DNA of 64,000 nt from Eubacteriaceae bacterium (GCA_029012125.1 JAQXLM010000147.1:2014-66013); one strand, 5' to 3'. Positions 28,337 to 39,262 are shown, counted from the stretch's first letter. A program made the numbers and translations. Notes: a model not told the origin generated them from the letters alone.

Positions 28337-29812
28337 CTAAAGTATGATACAGATAAAATAGTCTTTTCCCTCATTACTTATTTTCTGAAGTGATCTCCTT
28401 ACCTTATCCTGTAACGTATCAGGCATGGTAGTCAGCTTTGAATTCATCTGGTCTGTCACAAGAGACCTCATGGATTTACCGAAAAGATTAGTCTCCCATA
28501 AATCGTCTCCAACCTGACCTTCCTCTCCGTATTTCTCCAAGAGAAAACCTGCCAGATCCTGAGATTGCTGTTCACTGCCCACTATAGGTGCAATCTCTGT
28601 CGTCAGATTGGTTTTTATCATGTGAAGACATGGTGCAGTGGCAACGATTCGCACGCCGTATTTATTTCCCTGCTTGAATACCTCTGGTTTACCTAAAGAC
28701 ATTTCATGTAAATTGGGATGTACGATTCCATAGCCGCTTCTTTCAATGCCGGAAAAGGCCTCTGACATTTGATTTACCTTGTTTCTTGCCATTGCACAGT
28801 CCTTTAGAACATGGAATAATTCTTTATCCGAGCTGATGGACTCACCCAGAATTTCCTCTATTATTCTGTAATAAAGCCCTTCCTTAAGCTTTACATTGAT
28901 ATAAATCCGGCCTGTGGCCATCTCCTTTCTGACCATATCCACCCTATCGATATTTTCATTGGATGTCATAGACATAAGCTGATCTATTCCCGCCATATTT
29001 CCCAGCTGATTCATCCACTGAAAAGCTGTTTCCATTATTGAAGCTTTGATAGGATGATCATTGGATAACGCCTCCATATAGTCCGGAAGATCGATATACA
29101 CTTCACTTACCGGGAATTGTGTCAGAAGGGCCTCAAATATGCTTTCAAACTGAGTAGAATCCATGGTCATACAGTTAACAGGAAGCACAGGCACTTCGTA
29201 TTTTCTTGAAAGGTTGTCTGCCAAAGCACTTGTTGCCTTTGATGACGGAACCGATGAGTTTAAGATGATAACAAAGGGTTTCTTTAGGGAAGTCAGCTTT
29301 GCAACTGTTTTCTCTTCTGCACTGATGTAGTTTTCCCTTGGAATATCACCAAAGCTTCCATCAGTGGTAACCATTATCCCAACCGTTGAATGGTCGGTTA
29401 TCACCTTTGATGTTCCCAGCTCTGCAGCCTCCTGAAAGGTCATTTCCCGGCTATCCCACGGGGTTTTTACCATTCTGCTTCTGCCATCCTCCTCATGTCC
29501 CAGTACTCCGGGGACTATGTAACCCACACAATCCACCATTCTGATGGAAAGGTCAACGTTTCCGATTGATACTCTGACTGCTTCTTCAGGAATAAACTTT
29601 GGTTCTGTGGTTGTAATCGTTCTGCCGTCTCCGCTTTGCGGAAGCTGATCAATGACTCTGGATCTGTTGTACGGGTCCTCTAAGGAATCGATTACAAACA
29701 GTTCCATAAATCTTTTTATAAAGGTTGATTTACCTGTTCTTACAGGCCCAACCACCCCTGCATATATTTCTCCACCGGTTCTTTCCGCAATATTAAAATA
29801 AATGTCCGCCAT
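28337..29812 (-). CDS. spoIVA: Stage IV sporulation protein A (coat morphogenetic ATPase)
   Basis: IAERTGGEIY.GVVGPVRTGKSTFIKRFM, TTEPKF, VDCVGY and C-terminal ICIIL. Confidence 0.96.
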   Translation of the reverse strand: MADIYFNIAERTGGEIYAGVVGPVRTGKSTFIKRFMELFVIDSLEDPYNRSRVIDQLPQSGDGRTITTTEPKFIPEEAVRVSIGNVDLSIRMVDCVGYIVPGVLGHEEDGRSRMVKTPWDSREMTFQEAAELGTSKVITDHSTVGIMVTTDGSFGDIPRENYISAEEKTVAKLTSLKKPFVIILNSSVPSSKATSALADNLSRKYEVPVLPVNCMTMDSTQFESIFEALLTQFPVSEVYIDLPDYMEALSNDHPIKASIMETAFQWMNQLGNMAGIDQLMSMTSNENIDRVDMVRKEMATGRIYINVKLKEGLYYRIIEEILGESISSDKELFHVLKDCAMARNKVNQMSEAFSGIERSGYGIVHPNLHEMSLGKPEVFKQGNKYGVRIVATAPCLHMIKTNLTTEIAPIVGSEQQSQDLAGFLLEKYGEEGQVGDDLWETNLFGKSMRSLVTDQMNSKLTTMPDTLQDKVRRSLQKISNEGKDYFICIIL

Positions 29813-29845
29813 ACCTTCATCCTCTTTCCATAATTACTCTATGAA

Positions 29846-29874
29846 ATAGTATGAAAGTCATGGCGGACTTATTC
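29846..29874 (-). promoter_or_regulatory. Putative sigma-E promoter of spoIVA
   Basis: GAATAAG-N14-CATACTAT. spoIVA is sigma-E-dependent in model spore formers. Confidence 0.65.
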
Positions 29875-31186
29875 ATATAACTTCGCCTTCTAAACTAAAG
29901 GTCTTTCCCTCAGTAATCCTTACATCTACAATTTTTCCGACCATATCAGGATTTCCAATGAAGTTAACCAGCTTGAAGCCGTCTGTTCTTCCTGTATATG
30001 TTTTGCTGTTGGTTTTGCTTGGTCCTTCCACGAGAACCTTCTCCACTTTACCAATATAAGCTGCATTCTTTTCTGCACTTATTGAATTAACCAGGTCTAC
30101 AAGTCTGTTAAATCTTTCATGCTTAACATCCTCAGGTATCTGATTCTCGTATTTCTCAGCAGGAGTTCCCTTTCTTATTGAATACAGGAAGGTAAATGCT
30201 GAATCATACCGTACTTTTTCAACCAGATCAAGGGTTTCCAGAAAGTCTTCCTCTGTTTCCCCCGGAAAGCCTACGATAATATCAGTAGACATTGTAATAC
30301 CCGGTACAGCATCCTTAAGCATTTTAACTAAGGAAAGATATTTTTCCTTATCATATTTTCTGTTCATTTCCTTGAGAATTCTGCTGCTACCCGACTGTAC
30401 CGGCAGATGAATGTTTTTGCAAAGCTTGTCGCATTCAACGAAAGCCTGAATCAGCTTGTCCGATAAATCCTTAGGGTGTGATGTCATAAATCTGATTCTT
30501 TCCAGCCCATCAACCTGATTTAGCATATATATCAGATCGGCAAAGTCTACATCACCTTCTCCTTTATATGAGTTGACATTCTGTCCAAGAAGCATGATTT
30601 CCTTTACGCCGTCTTCTACCAGTTTTTTTACCTCATTTACAATGTCCTCTGGCTTCCTGCTTCTCTCCCTGCCTCTGGTATAAGGAACGATACAGTATGT
30701 GCAGAAATTATTGCATCCGAACATAATGTTTACCAGAGCCTTGGTTTTGTGCAGACGCTTTGCCGGCAGGCCTTCTACGATTTCAGCTCCGTCAGGCCAC
30801 ACCTCTATCTGCTTCTTCTTCTCCTTTAGAACATTGTCCAGCAGCTGTGGAAACTGATGGATATTATGTGTTCCGAAGATTATGTCAACCCATGGATATT
30901 TTGATTTAATGGTATCTATAACGTGCTGCTGCTGCATCATACAGCCACACACACATACTGTAAACTCCGGATCGTGCATCTTCCTCTTCTTCAGCTGCCC
31001 TAAGGTGCCGAAAAACCTCTTATCAGCATTGTCTCTTACGCTGCATGTATTGATTATAGCAACATCTGCATCTTTTCTTTCGGCCACCTGTGCAAAACCC
31101 TTTTCACAAAGCATACCTGCGATGACTTCTGAATCGTGCTCGTTCATCTGACAGCCGAAGGTCTGGATGTTAAATGTGTTTCTCAT
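29873..31186 (-). CDS. miaB: tRNA-i6A37 methylthiotransferase
   Basis: TFGCQMNEHDSE, radical-SAM motif CNNFCTYC and C-terminal TRAM domain. Confidence 0.95.
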   Translation of the reverse strand: MRNTFNIQTFGCQMNEHDSEVIAGMLCEKGFAQVAERKDADVAIINTCSVRDNADKRFFGTLGQLKKRKMHDPEFTVCVCGCMMQQQHVIDTIKSKYPWVDIIFGTHNIHQFPQLLDNVLKEKKKQIEVWPDGAEIVEGLPAKRLHKTKALVNIMFGCNNFCTYCIVPYTRGRERSRKPEDIVNEVKKLVEDGVKEIMLLGQNVNSYKGEGDVDFADLIYMLNQVDGLERIRFMTSHPKDLSDKLIQAFVECDKLCKNIHLPVQSGSSRILKEMNRKYDKEKYLSLVKMLKDAVPGITMSTDIIVGFPGETEEDFLETLDLVEKVRYDSAFTFLYSIRKGTPAEKYENQIPEDVKHERFNRLVDLVNSISAEKNAAYIGKVEKVLVEGPSKTNSKTYTGRTDGFKLVNFIGNPDMVGKIVDVRITEGKTFSLEGEVI

Positions 31187-32168
31187 TCTTTCTGTCTCTC
31201 CCCATCAAAATTGATACTGCATCCTTTGCAGAGATTTTATTGTTGATACAGTTATAGATACATTCTGTAATAGGCATTTCAACGCCTACCTTCATAGCAA
31301 GTTCATAGGCAGCCTCAGCAGTAAACATGCCCTCTACAACCATGCCGACCTTTTCCACAGCTTCACTCGGAGGTACTCCTTCACCTATCATAATACCGCA
31401 TCTTCTGTTTCTTGAATGCATACTTGTACATGTAACGATAAGGTCTCCTACTCCGGTAAGACCGGAAAAAGTATTAATATCCGCACCTAATGCCTTACCC
31501 AGTCTGCACATTTCTGTTATACCTCTTGTCATAAGAGCGGCCTTTGCGTTATCTCCAAAACCTATTCCGTCGGATATTCCGGCTCCCAGTGCGATAATAT
31601 TCTTCAGTGCTCCACCCAGCTCGACTCCGCACACATCATCGTTTGTATAAACTCTGAATCTGTCTGTAATGAAAATGTCCTGTACCTTTTCTGCCAGTCC
31701 TATGTCATCTGATGCGGCAACAACCGTTGTAGGCATTGCTCTTCCCACTTCCTCTGCATGTGAAGGGCCTGAAAGAACTACATATTTCACCCCCGGCATA
31801 AGCAGCTCTGCTATTTCTGAAAGCCTCATCAGAGTTCCGCGTTCAATTCCCTTAGCTACATTAACGACGATCATGTCCTCTGTAATGTAAGGTATTGCAT
31901 TTTCAAAGGCACTTCTGAAATGCTGTGCCGGTGCAGAGAACAAAGCCACATCGGCGTCTTCCAGTGCTTCCTCAGTACTTTCAACGATGTGAAGATTATC
32001 ACTGAATGGAATTCCCGGAAGATATCTGACGTTCTCCCTGTTATTTCGCATTTCTTTCAGATGCTCAGCATTAACATCTGTTATTTTAACATTATGTCCT
32101 TTGTTGCTCAGTGTTAATGCCAGTGCTGTACCCCAGCTTCCTGCTCCAATTACTCCTATTGTCTTCAT
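31170..32168 (-). CDS. gpsA: NAD(P)H-dependent glycerol-3-phosphate dehydrogenase
   Basis: GAGSWGTALA, LSGPSHAEEV, GGALKNI and GDLIVTC..SRNRR motifs. Confidence 0.96.
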   Translation of the reverse strand: MKTIGVIGAGSWGTALALTLSNKGHNVKITDVNAEHLKEMRNNRENVRYLPGIPFSDNLHIVESTEEALEDADVALFSAPAQHFRSAFENAIPYITEDMIVVNVAKGIERGTLMRLSEIAELLMPGVKYVVLSGPSHAEEVGRAMPTTVVAASDDIGLAEKVQDIFITDRFRVYTNDDVCGVELGGALKNIIALGAGISDGIGFGDNAKAALMTRGITEMCRLGKALGADINTFSGLTGVGDLIVTCTSMHSRNRRCGIMIGEGVPPSEAVEKVGMVVEGMFTAEAAYELAMKVGVEMPITECIYNCINNKISAKDAVSILMGRDRKNEKHI

Positions 32169-32187
32169 AATATAATCCTCACATTTT

Positions 32188-32769
32188 CTAAAAACTGATT
32201 TTGTTTTCTTCACCTTTAACTATTCGTATTATGTTAGCCTTATGCTTATAAATCAGTATAACGGCCATAATAAAGCCTACAACAAGGAAGTCTCTCTCCA
32301 TAAAATATGACAGTAATGGGAAGCAGACAGCAGCTGTAATTGACCCCAGAGAAACCATTCTTGTCAGCAGTATTACAGAAACAAATACTGCAATAAGCAC
32401 AAGGGCAAGCTTCCAGTTAACAGCAAGGAGAATCCCGCAAGCTATGGCAACACCCTTGCCTCCCTTAAAGCGCAGCAGTACAGGCCATATATGTCCTGCA
32501 AAAGATGCAAGTCCGCACCATAAAGCCGCAGTGGGTCCTGCAATAAGACCACCTAAAACTACTGCCACAAACCCTTTACCTACATCGATTACAAGAGTTA
32601 TAATTGCGGCCTTCTTACCTAGTACTCGAAGAGCATTGGTCGTACCTGCGTTTCCGCTGCCTTCTTTTTTTATATCCTTTCCCTGTAGTTTTGCCATAAA
32701 TGTAGAAGGAGAAATATTGCCAAGGAAATATGCTATTACAATTGCAAGTGCAAATAAAAACTTATCCAT
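32188..32769 (-). CDS. plsY: Acyl-phosphate:glycerol-3-phosphate acyltransferase
   Basis: GSGNAGTTNALR, FKGGKGVA and HKANI motifs. Confidence 0.95.
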   Translation of the reverse strand: MDKFLFALAIVIAYFLGNISPSTFMAKLQGKDIKKEGSGNAGTTNALRVLGKKAAIITLVIDVGKGFVAVVLGGLIAGPTAALWCGLASFAGHIWPVLLRFKGGKGVAIACGILLAVNWKLALVLIAVFVSVILLTRMVSLGSITAAVCFPLLSYFMERDFLVVGFIMAVILIYKHKANIIRIVKGEENKISF

Positions 32770-34094
32770 TATTCGTCCTTATCTCCTTTTTCTCTGAATA
32801 CGAACTTGATTGATGTACCTTCGAATCCGAATCCTTCTCTGATTTTGTTTTCCAGATATCTTGCGTAAGAGAAATGCATCAGTTCTCTCCTGTTAATCTG
32901 GAATGAGAACAGAGGTGGTTTTACACCAACTTGTGCCGCATAGTAAATTTTCAGCCTTCTACCCTTGTCAGAAGGCGGCTGTTTCATCATGGTTGCATCT
33001 GTAATCAGGCTGTTAAGCTGTCCTGTAGGTACTCTCAAAGCTCTCTTTTCTGAAACATACTTAGCCATTTTGATTACTTCGAAAACTCTCTGTCTGTCAT
33101 GAACTGAGATGAATACCGAAGGCGCATAGGACATAAACTGAAGCTCTGATTCGATTACTCTCTTATAATCTCTCATAGTGTTTGTTTCCTTGGTGATAAG
33201 ATCCCATTTGTTTACAACCACTATGATACCTTTACCTGCTTCGTGGGCAACGCCTGCAATCTTTTTATCCTGCTCCGTAATGCCTTCCTGAGCGTCTATT
33301 ACAAGGAGGCATACATCACATCTTTCAATTGCTGCTACAGCACGAATTACGCTGTATCTCTCAATATCCTCGTTAACCTTGCTCTTTCTTCTGATTCCGG
33401 CAGTATCTATAAGAGTATACTTGTCTCCGCCCCATTCAAAAGGAGTATCGATTGAATCTCTTGTGGTTCCGGCAATATTTGAAACAATCACTCTGTTTTC
33501 GTTAAGCAAAGCATTTATCAAAGATGATTTACCTACATTTGGCTTTCCGATTACTGCAACCTTAATATCTTCTTCTTCATCTGTATCTGCATCATCCGGG
33601 AAGCTCTCTACTATTTCATCAAGAACGTCTCCGAAATTCAGCATATTTGCAGCTGAAATAGCTATTGGCTCGCCTATACCAAGTTCATAGAAATCATAGA
33701 AATCTACAGGAAGATTACGCGGATTGTCGATTTTGTTAACAATAAGCATAACCTTCTTTCCTGTTCTGCGAAGCATATTTGCAACCTCACGATCTGCATG
33801 AGTGAGGCCATCCTTACCGTCAACGATGAAAAGAATAACATCAGCCATATCCATGGCAATCTGTGCCTGCTCTCTCATCTGAGAAAGAATTACATCTTCG
33901 CTGTCAGGTTCAATTCCACCTGTGTCGATTAAAGCGAAATGAACTCCGTTCCATTCTGCCTCAGCATAAATTCTGTCTCTTGTAACTCCCGGCGTATCCT
34001 CTACAATGGATACTCTTCTTCCGATTATTCTATTAAAAAACGTTGATTTTCCAACATTTGGTCTTCCAACTACTGCTACAATTGGTTTACTCAC
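32769..34094 (-). CDS. der: Ribosome biogenesis GTPase Der (EngA)
   Basis: Two G domains (GRPNVGKS, GKPNVGKS) and a KH-like C-terminus. GTG start at 34094. Confidence 0.97.
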   Translation of the reverse strand: MSKPIVAVVGRPNVGKSTFFNRIIGRRVSIVEDTPGVTRDRIYAEAEWNGVHFALIDTGGIEPDSEDVILSQMREQAQIAMDMADVILFIVDGKDGLTHADREVANMLRRTGKKVMLIVNKIDNPRNLPVDFYDFYELGIGEPIAISAANMLNFGDVLDEIVESFPDDADTDEEEDIKVAVIGKPNVGKSSLINALLNENRVIVSNIAGTTRDSIDTPFEWGGDKYTLIDTAGIRRKSKVNEDIERYSVIRAVAAIERCDVCLLVIDAQEGITEQDKKIAGVAHEAGKGIIVVVNKWDLITKETNTMRDYKRVIESELQFMSYAPSVFISVHDRQRVFEVIKMAKYVSEKRALRVPTGQLNSLITDATMMKQPPSDKGRRLKIYYAAQVGVKPPLFSFQINRRELMHFSYARYLENKIREGFGFEGTSIKFVFREKGDKDE

Positions 34095-34986
34095 TGAATA
34101 TTCCTCCTGCAAATTCCAGAGGATTGAAATCCTTCAAATCCTCCATTTTTTCCCCGACGCCGATAAACTTAATCGGCATATCGAACTCATCGGTAACGGT
34201 TATTGCTATTCCGCCCTTTGCCGTACCATCCAGCTTTGTCAAAACAACACCGGTAATTTCAGCAACATCGTTGAATTCCTGAGCCTGTGAAACTGCATTT
34301 TTTCCGGTGGTTGCATCCAGTACCAGGAGAGTTTCTCGTGCAGCTTCCGGATACTCTCTTGAAATGATTTTATTCATCTTTTCAAGTTCCTGCATCAGGT
34401 TCTTCTTTGTCTGCAGACGTCCTGCGGTATCACAGATAAGAACATCTATTTTCTTAGCCTTTGCTGACTGTATGGCATCAAAGATGACAGCTGACGGATC
34501 AGCTCCCTCCTGATGTTTAACAGTGTTCACTCCGATTCTGTTTCCCCAGATTTCCAGCTGTTCTCCTGCAGCGGCACGGAAAGTGTCGGCAGCGGCAAGA
34601 AGTACGGTTTTTCCTTCACTTCTCAGCTTATGTCCGATTTTGGCAATAGACGTCGTCTTTCCTCCACCGTTAATTCCTACCATGAGAATCACCAGGGGAG
34701 TTTCCTGACAAAGGCTGTTTCTATCGCCCTTATCCATAATTTCAGCAATGACCTTTGCCAGGCCGTCTTTAACCGACTCCGGTTCTGTCAGGTTATTATC
34801 TTTGATATATGAACGAAGCTTCTCCATTATTTTCATAGTGGTGTCCATCCCTATATCTGATGTAATAAGGATTTCTTCAAGTTCGTCCATTAAATCTTCA
34901 TCGATTACAGGCCTTCCCATAATTGCATCGCCTATACGGGAAGACAGCTTACCGAAGAAGCTTTGTTTCTTTTCAAATAAAGCCAT
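34087..34986 (-). CDS. ftsY: SRP receptor FtsY
   Basis: GINGGGKTT, DTFRAAA, DTAGR and TKLDGTAKGG motifs. Start MALFEKK at 34986. Confidence 0.97.
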   Translation of the reverse strand: MALFEKKQSFFGKLSSRIGDAIMGRPVIDEDLMDELEEILITSDIGMDTTMKIMEKLRSYIKDNNLTEPESVKDGLAKVIAEIMDKGDRNSLCQETPLVILMVGINGGGKTTSIAKIGHKLRSEGKTVLLAAADTFRAAAGEQLEIWGNRIGVNTVKHQEGADPSAVIFDAIQSAKAKKIDVLICDTAGRLQTKKNLMQELEKMNKIISREYPEAARETLLVLDATTGKNAVSQAQEFNDVAEITGVVLTKLDGTAKGGIAITVTDEFDMPIKFIGVGEKMEDLKDFNPLEFAGGIFSE

Positions 34987-35026
34987 CTTACTTCCTTTCC
35001 TATACATTATATATAAAACATGCGGT

Positions 35027-38000
35027 TTATAGCTCGAAATCGTCACCCAGTCTCAGACTAAGAACCTTGGAAACACCCTGTTCCGGCATGGTAACCCCGT
35101 ACAGAACATCGGCATGCTCCATAGTTGCCTTCTGATGTGTGACAAGGGCAAACTGAATACCATCAAACTTGCGCAGATAATTTGAGAATCTGTCTATGTT
35201 TGCGTCATCAAGAGCAGCCTCAACTTCATCCAGAATACAGAAAGGCGTAGGTTTTGTTTTCAAAACGGCAAACATCAAAGCAATGGCTGTCATTGTCTTT
35301 TCACCACCGGACATGAGGTTGATGTTCTGCAGCTTCTTTCCCGGTGGCTGAGCAACGATATCGATACCGGATTCGAGAGGATTGTTTTCGTCCTCCATTC
35401 TCAATTCAGCATATCCGCCACCAAACAGTTCCTTGAAAATCTCCTCAAAGTTTTCAACCACCTGGTCAAAATTCTCCTTGAACTTTGTCTTTATGGTATT
35501 GTCCATGTCGGCAATTATCTTTTTCAGCTCGTCCATGGCAGTTACAATATCATCTCTCTGCTCAGTTACGAATCTATATCTTTCACTTACGGAAGCATAT
35601 TCCTTAATTGCGCCTACGTTAACATCCCCCAGCTCTCTCATTCGATTTCTGATTTCTCTGCTTTCCTTAACAGATGTGGACATTACGAAGTCTTCTTTTC
35701 TGAAGTCCTGTGCCTGCGCATATGAAATTTCGAAGTCTTCCCACAGTCTTTCCTTCATTGTATCAAGCTGTGTCTCATTTTTTGCAACTTTGATTTCCAG
35801 CTGGTATTTCTGATCCTGACATGAGTTCAGCTTATCTGCAGACAGCTGCTGCTCCCTGGAAATCGTGCTGAGATTATCTATCAGCTCTGCTCTTTCGGCT
35901 GCAACCTTATCTATGTATGCCTCAGTTGCTTCTTTTTCCTCCATAAGCTCCCTGATTGTGTTCTCGCTTCCCTCGCTTCCGAAATAAATCTTATCCTGCT
36001 CGTCCTCCAGAATATCGAACTGATGCTTTCTGTCCTCGATCTGGAAGGTGTAGTCTTCAACAGACTCATTTATTCGGTTTAACAGGGTTTCCATATTGCT
36101 CAGCTTGTTTTCCCATTCTGTAGCTGCAATCCTTGTATTTGTAATTTCCTCGCTTGCAAGGTTTACTTCTGACTTCTTTTCCTCGTAGTCAGACATTTCC
36201 TGTTCAAGCCTGTTATTTAAAGCTTCTATTTGAGAATTTGCCTTCTCTATGTCAGCATTCAGGTCGTCAACAGCCTTCTCTGCCGCATCCAGATCCCGGT
36301 CAATGGAAGCAAGCTCTCTCGTATATTTTTCCCTATTGGAATCTATACTGTCAACAGTTTCAGACAGAGCATTAATTGTACTTGAAAGTCCGGCCATCTG
36401 AATTTCCGTATCCCGTTTGTATTCATCCAGCTGCTTTTTTTCACCTTCAATCACATTCAGTCTGTCATCTGATGCTTTAACCTGAGAAACAGCTTCATCG
36501 ATTTGATCTCTAAGCTGTGTGATTTCCTGTTCCAGTTTTGTAATCTCGCTTTTTCTCTCCAGCAGATTAGCTGTCTTATTCTTGTATTGTCCACCGGTAA
36601 TGGCACCGCTGGCGTTGATTATTTCACCATCAAAGGTTACAAATCTCAGGCCTGAGTTTGACAGCTTGGACAATCTTACTGCTGAATCCATGTCTCTGGT
36701 GATTGCAACTCTTCCAAGAAGATACTGGAAAACATTTCTGTATTTTCCATCACACTCTATACATTCAGAAGCCAGGCCCACATAACCACTGTCTCCCGTA
36801 ATCCTTGAGTCTACAACAGCTTTGTTACCTTTGATAGATGATATTGGCAGGAATGTAAGACGTCCTGCTCTGCTGCTCTTAAGAGCATTTACTGCTTTCT
36901 TTGCATCATTATCAGTATTGCAGACAATATTCTGCATCTGTCCGCCTAAGGCTGTTTCAATTGCAACCTCATATCCCTGAGGAACATTCATAAGCTCGGC
37001 AACAACACCTTCTATACCTGAAAGCTGAGACTTCATTATAAACTTTACGGCATAATTGTATCCTTCGTAGTTGTTTTCCATTTCTTCAATGGTTTTCTTA
37101 CGAGCTGCTTTCTGTCCTCCCTGCAGTTTCAGGTCTTCTATGGTAAGACGCAGTTCCTTTCTTACCCCAATCAGCTCCTGCTCTTCATCGGAAAGCCCTT
37201 CATACTTACGATTTGTTTCCTCTATATGTGCAGCCAGGCTGTTCCACTGATTCTTGGCATCGTTTAAAAGCCGGATGTTTTCTTCGCTGTGCTTCTTTGC
37301 GCCCTCTGCATCATTTCCCAGCTGCTCTTTTCGTTTGTTCAGTGTTTCTTTTATGCTGTCATAGCTCTTGATTTCACTTTTCTTTGACGAAATCGTATTA
37401 TGGAGCTGGAAAAGGTTACTTCTGTCGTTGTCTATTGCATCTGAAAGCTGTGAAGCCTCCAGGGATAACTTACTGTGTTCTTCGGTCCTGCTTAGTAATT
37501 CATCTGAAGCTTCCTGAAATCTCTCAGCTATATCTCTCTTGGATTTTTCAAGTTCCTCAGCATTTGCCTGCTCCCGTTTAAGTTTTCCGGATAGCTCTGA
37601 AATTTCACGATTAAGTCTGGTTTTGTCTTTTTCAATTACTGCGAGACGTTCTTCATTAAGCTGACTTCTGCTGGTATGAATATTGATTTCTTCAACTACT
37701 TTAAGAAGTTTATCTCCTGCTTCATTTCTAAGGGTCTCCAGGTTCTCGCTTCTTTCCCGGTCTTCTTCTATCTGTCGGTCAACCTTCTTCTTATTCTCTG
37801 AAATAGAGGATATCTCTTTTTCAAGATTTGCGATATCATTCTTGTACTCCTGATTCCTTTCCACTATGGAATCCACATTTTTCAAGGTAATGTTGATTTC
37901 CAGATCACGATATCTGTCCTTAAGTGCAAGATACTCCGTAGCTTTTTCACTGTCTTCCTTCAGAGTGTCGATACGACTCTCGATTTCATTAACTATATCC

Positions 38001-38575
38001 TCGACTCTGTCAAGATTGCCGGCTGTGGAAGCAAGCTTTCTCTCTGCCTCAGCCTTCTTGCTCTTGTACAATACCACTCCTGCAGCTTCTTCGAAGATTT
38101 CCCTTCTGCTTTCAGGCTTGTTGCTTACTATATCTGCTATTTTACCCTGTCCGATAAGAGAGTATCCGTCTACACCTATACCGGTATCCATAATAAGCTC
38201 TCTTATATCCCGAAGTCGACACTGATTGTTGTTAATCAGATATTCACTGTCTCCGGATCTATACATTCTTCTGGTAATTGCGACTTCGTTATAATCAATA
38301 TCCAATATGCCGGTTGAGTTATCTATTACAAGAGTTACCTCAGCCATACCTCTTGATTTTCTGCTGGCTGTACCTGCAAAGATAACTTCTTCCATCTTGC
38401 CGCCTCTTAAGGCCTTTGGACTTTGTTCTCCAAGAACCCATCTGATGGCGTCACTGATATTACTCTTGCCGCTGCCGTTGGGACCAACGATGGCAGTTAC
38501 ACCCTCGTGGAATTCAATTACAACAGGCTCGGCAAAGGACTTGAAGCCATGCATTTCCAGTCGTTTAAAATACAT
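35027..38575 (-). CDS. smc: Chromosome segregation protein SMC
   Basis: GPNGSGKSN, coiled coils, hinge GRLTFLP, MSGGEK and LDEVEAALD. Confidence 0.98.
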   Translation of the reverse strand: MYFKRLEMHGFKSFAEPVVIEFHEGVTAIVGPNGSGKSNISDAIRWVLGEQSPKALRGGKMEEVIFAGTASRKSRGMAEVTLVIDNSTGILDIDYNEVAITRRMYRSGDSEYLINNNQCRLRDIRELIMDTGIGVDGYSLIGQGKIADIVSNKPESRREIFEEAAGVVLYKSKKAEAERKLASTAGNLDRVEDIVNEIESRIDTLKEDSEKATEYLALKDRYRDLEINITLKNVDSIVERNQEYKNDIANLEKEISSISENKKKVDRQIEEDRERSENLETLRNEAGDKLLKVVEEINIHTSRSQLNEERLAVIEKDKTRLNREISELSGKLKREQANAEELEKSKRDIAERFQEASDELLSRTEEHSKLSLEASQLSDAIDNDRSNLFQLHNTISSKKSEIKSYDSIKETLNKRKEQLGNDAEGAKKHSEENIRLLNDAKNQWNSLAAHIEETNRKYEGLSDEEQELIGVRKELRLTIEDLKLQGGQKAARKKTIEEMENNYEGYNYAVKFIMKSQLSGIEGVVAELMNVPQGYEVAIETALGGQMQNIVCNTDNDAKKAVNALKSSRAGRLTFLPISSIKGNKAVVDSRITGDSGYVGLASECIECDGKYRNVFQYLLGRVAITRDMDSAVRLSKLSNSGLRFVTFDGEIINASGAITGGQYKNKTANLLERKSEITKLEQEITQLRDQIDEAVSQVKASDDRLNVIEGEKKQLDEYKRDTEIQMAGLSSTINALSETVDSIDSNREKYTRELASIDRDLDAAEKAVDDLNADIEKANSQIEALNNRLEQEMSDYEEKKSEVNLASEEITNTRIAATEWENKLSNMETLLNRINESVEDYTFQIEDRKHQFDILEDEQDKIYFGSEGSENTIRELMEEKEATEAYIDKVAAERAELIDNLSTISREQQLSADKLNSCQDQKYQLEIKVAKNETQLDTMKERLWEDFEISYAQAQDFRKEDFVMSTSVKESREIRNRMRELGDVNVGAIKEYASVSERYRFVTEQRDDIVTAMDELKKIIADMDNTIKTKFKENFDQVVENFEEIFKELFGGGYAELRMEDENNPLESGIDIVAQPPGKKLQNINLMSGGEKTMTAIALMFAVLKTKPTPFCILDEVEAALDDANIDRFSNYLRKFDGIQFALVTHQKATMEHADVLYGVTMPEQGVSKVLSLRLGDDFEL

Positions 38576-39262
38576 CTATATTTTTCCTCCCTCTAGAGCA
38601 GCCTTCGCAGCATTCTGCTAGGCTTCTTTTTTGGTTTTTCCTTTTCCGTAACCGTAAATAGTACCGTTACACACCAGGTGAACATAAAACACCTTATCAT
38701 GATCCGGACCTTCCTCCCGATCCAGAACATATGAAAACCTGACATTCTTACCTTTCTTCTGAAAGAGCTCCTGAACTACTGTCTTGTAGTCTGACATAAG
38801 TCTTCCTGACAACGCATCATCTATTGCCTGGGAAAACTCTCTCAGAACAAACTCCTCAGCAGCATCATATCCGCCGTCGAGGAATATTGCGCCTATCAAA
38901 GCTTCCATAGCATCTGCCTGAATGGATTTCTTATTTCGACCACCGGCATGATCCTCCCCCTTACCTAAATTGAGGAAACGACCTATTTCAAGTCTTTCAC
39001 CCACTGCGGCAAGACTGTTTTCACAGACGATTGCAGATCTGGTTTTGGAAAGCTTTCCTTCTCCGGACTGCATTCTTTTGTATAGCTCAGTGCTTATTAT
39101 AGCATCGAAATATGCATCGCCCAGAAATTCCAGTCTCTGATTGCTTTGATCACTGCCCATACCGTTTTCCATACAGTATGAGCTGTGATTTAAAGCAGTC
39201 TTAAGCAATTTTCTATCCTTAAAACTGTATTGTATTCTTTCTTCGAGTATGTTGTTATTCAC
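38576..39262 (-). CDS. rnc: Ribonuclease III with an in-frame TAG (38620-38618) 14 codons before the natural stop
   Basis: RLEFLGDA and DAMEALIGAIFLD motifs. The dsRBD reads GKTKKEA*QNAAKAALEGGKI*, ending flush with the smc ATG. Confidence 0.93.

Noticed and set aside
38618-38620. Genome-wide TAG/TAA recoding
   Set aside because: TAG ends nth, ilvB, ilvN, spoIVA and dltX at expected positions, and TAA ends most other genes.
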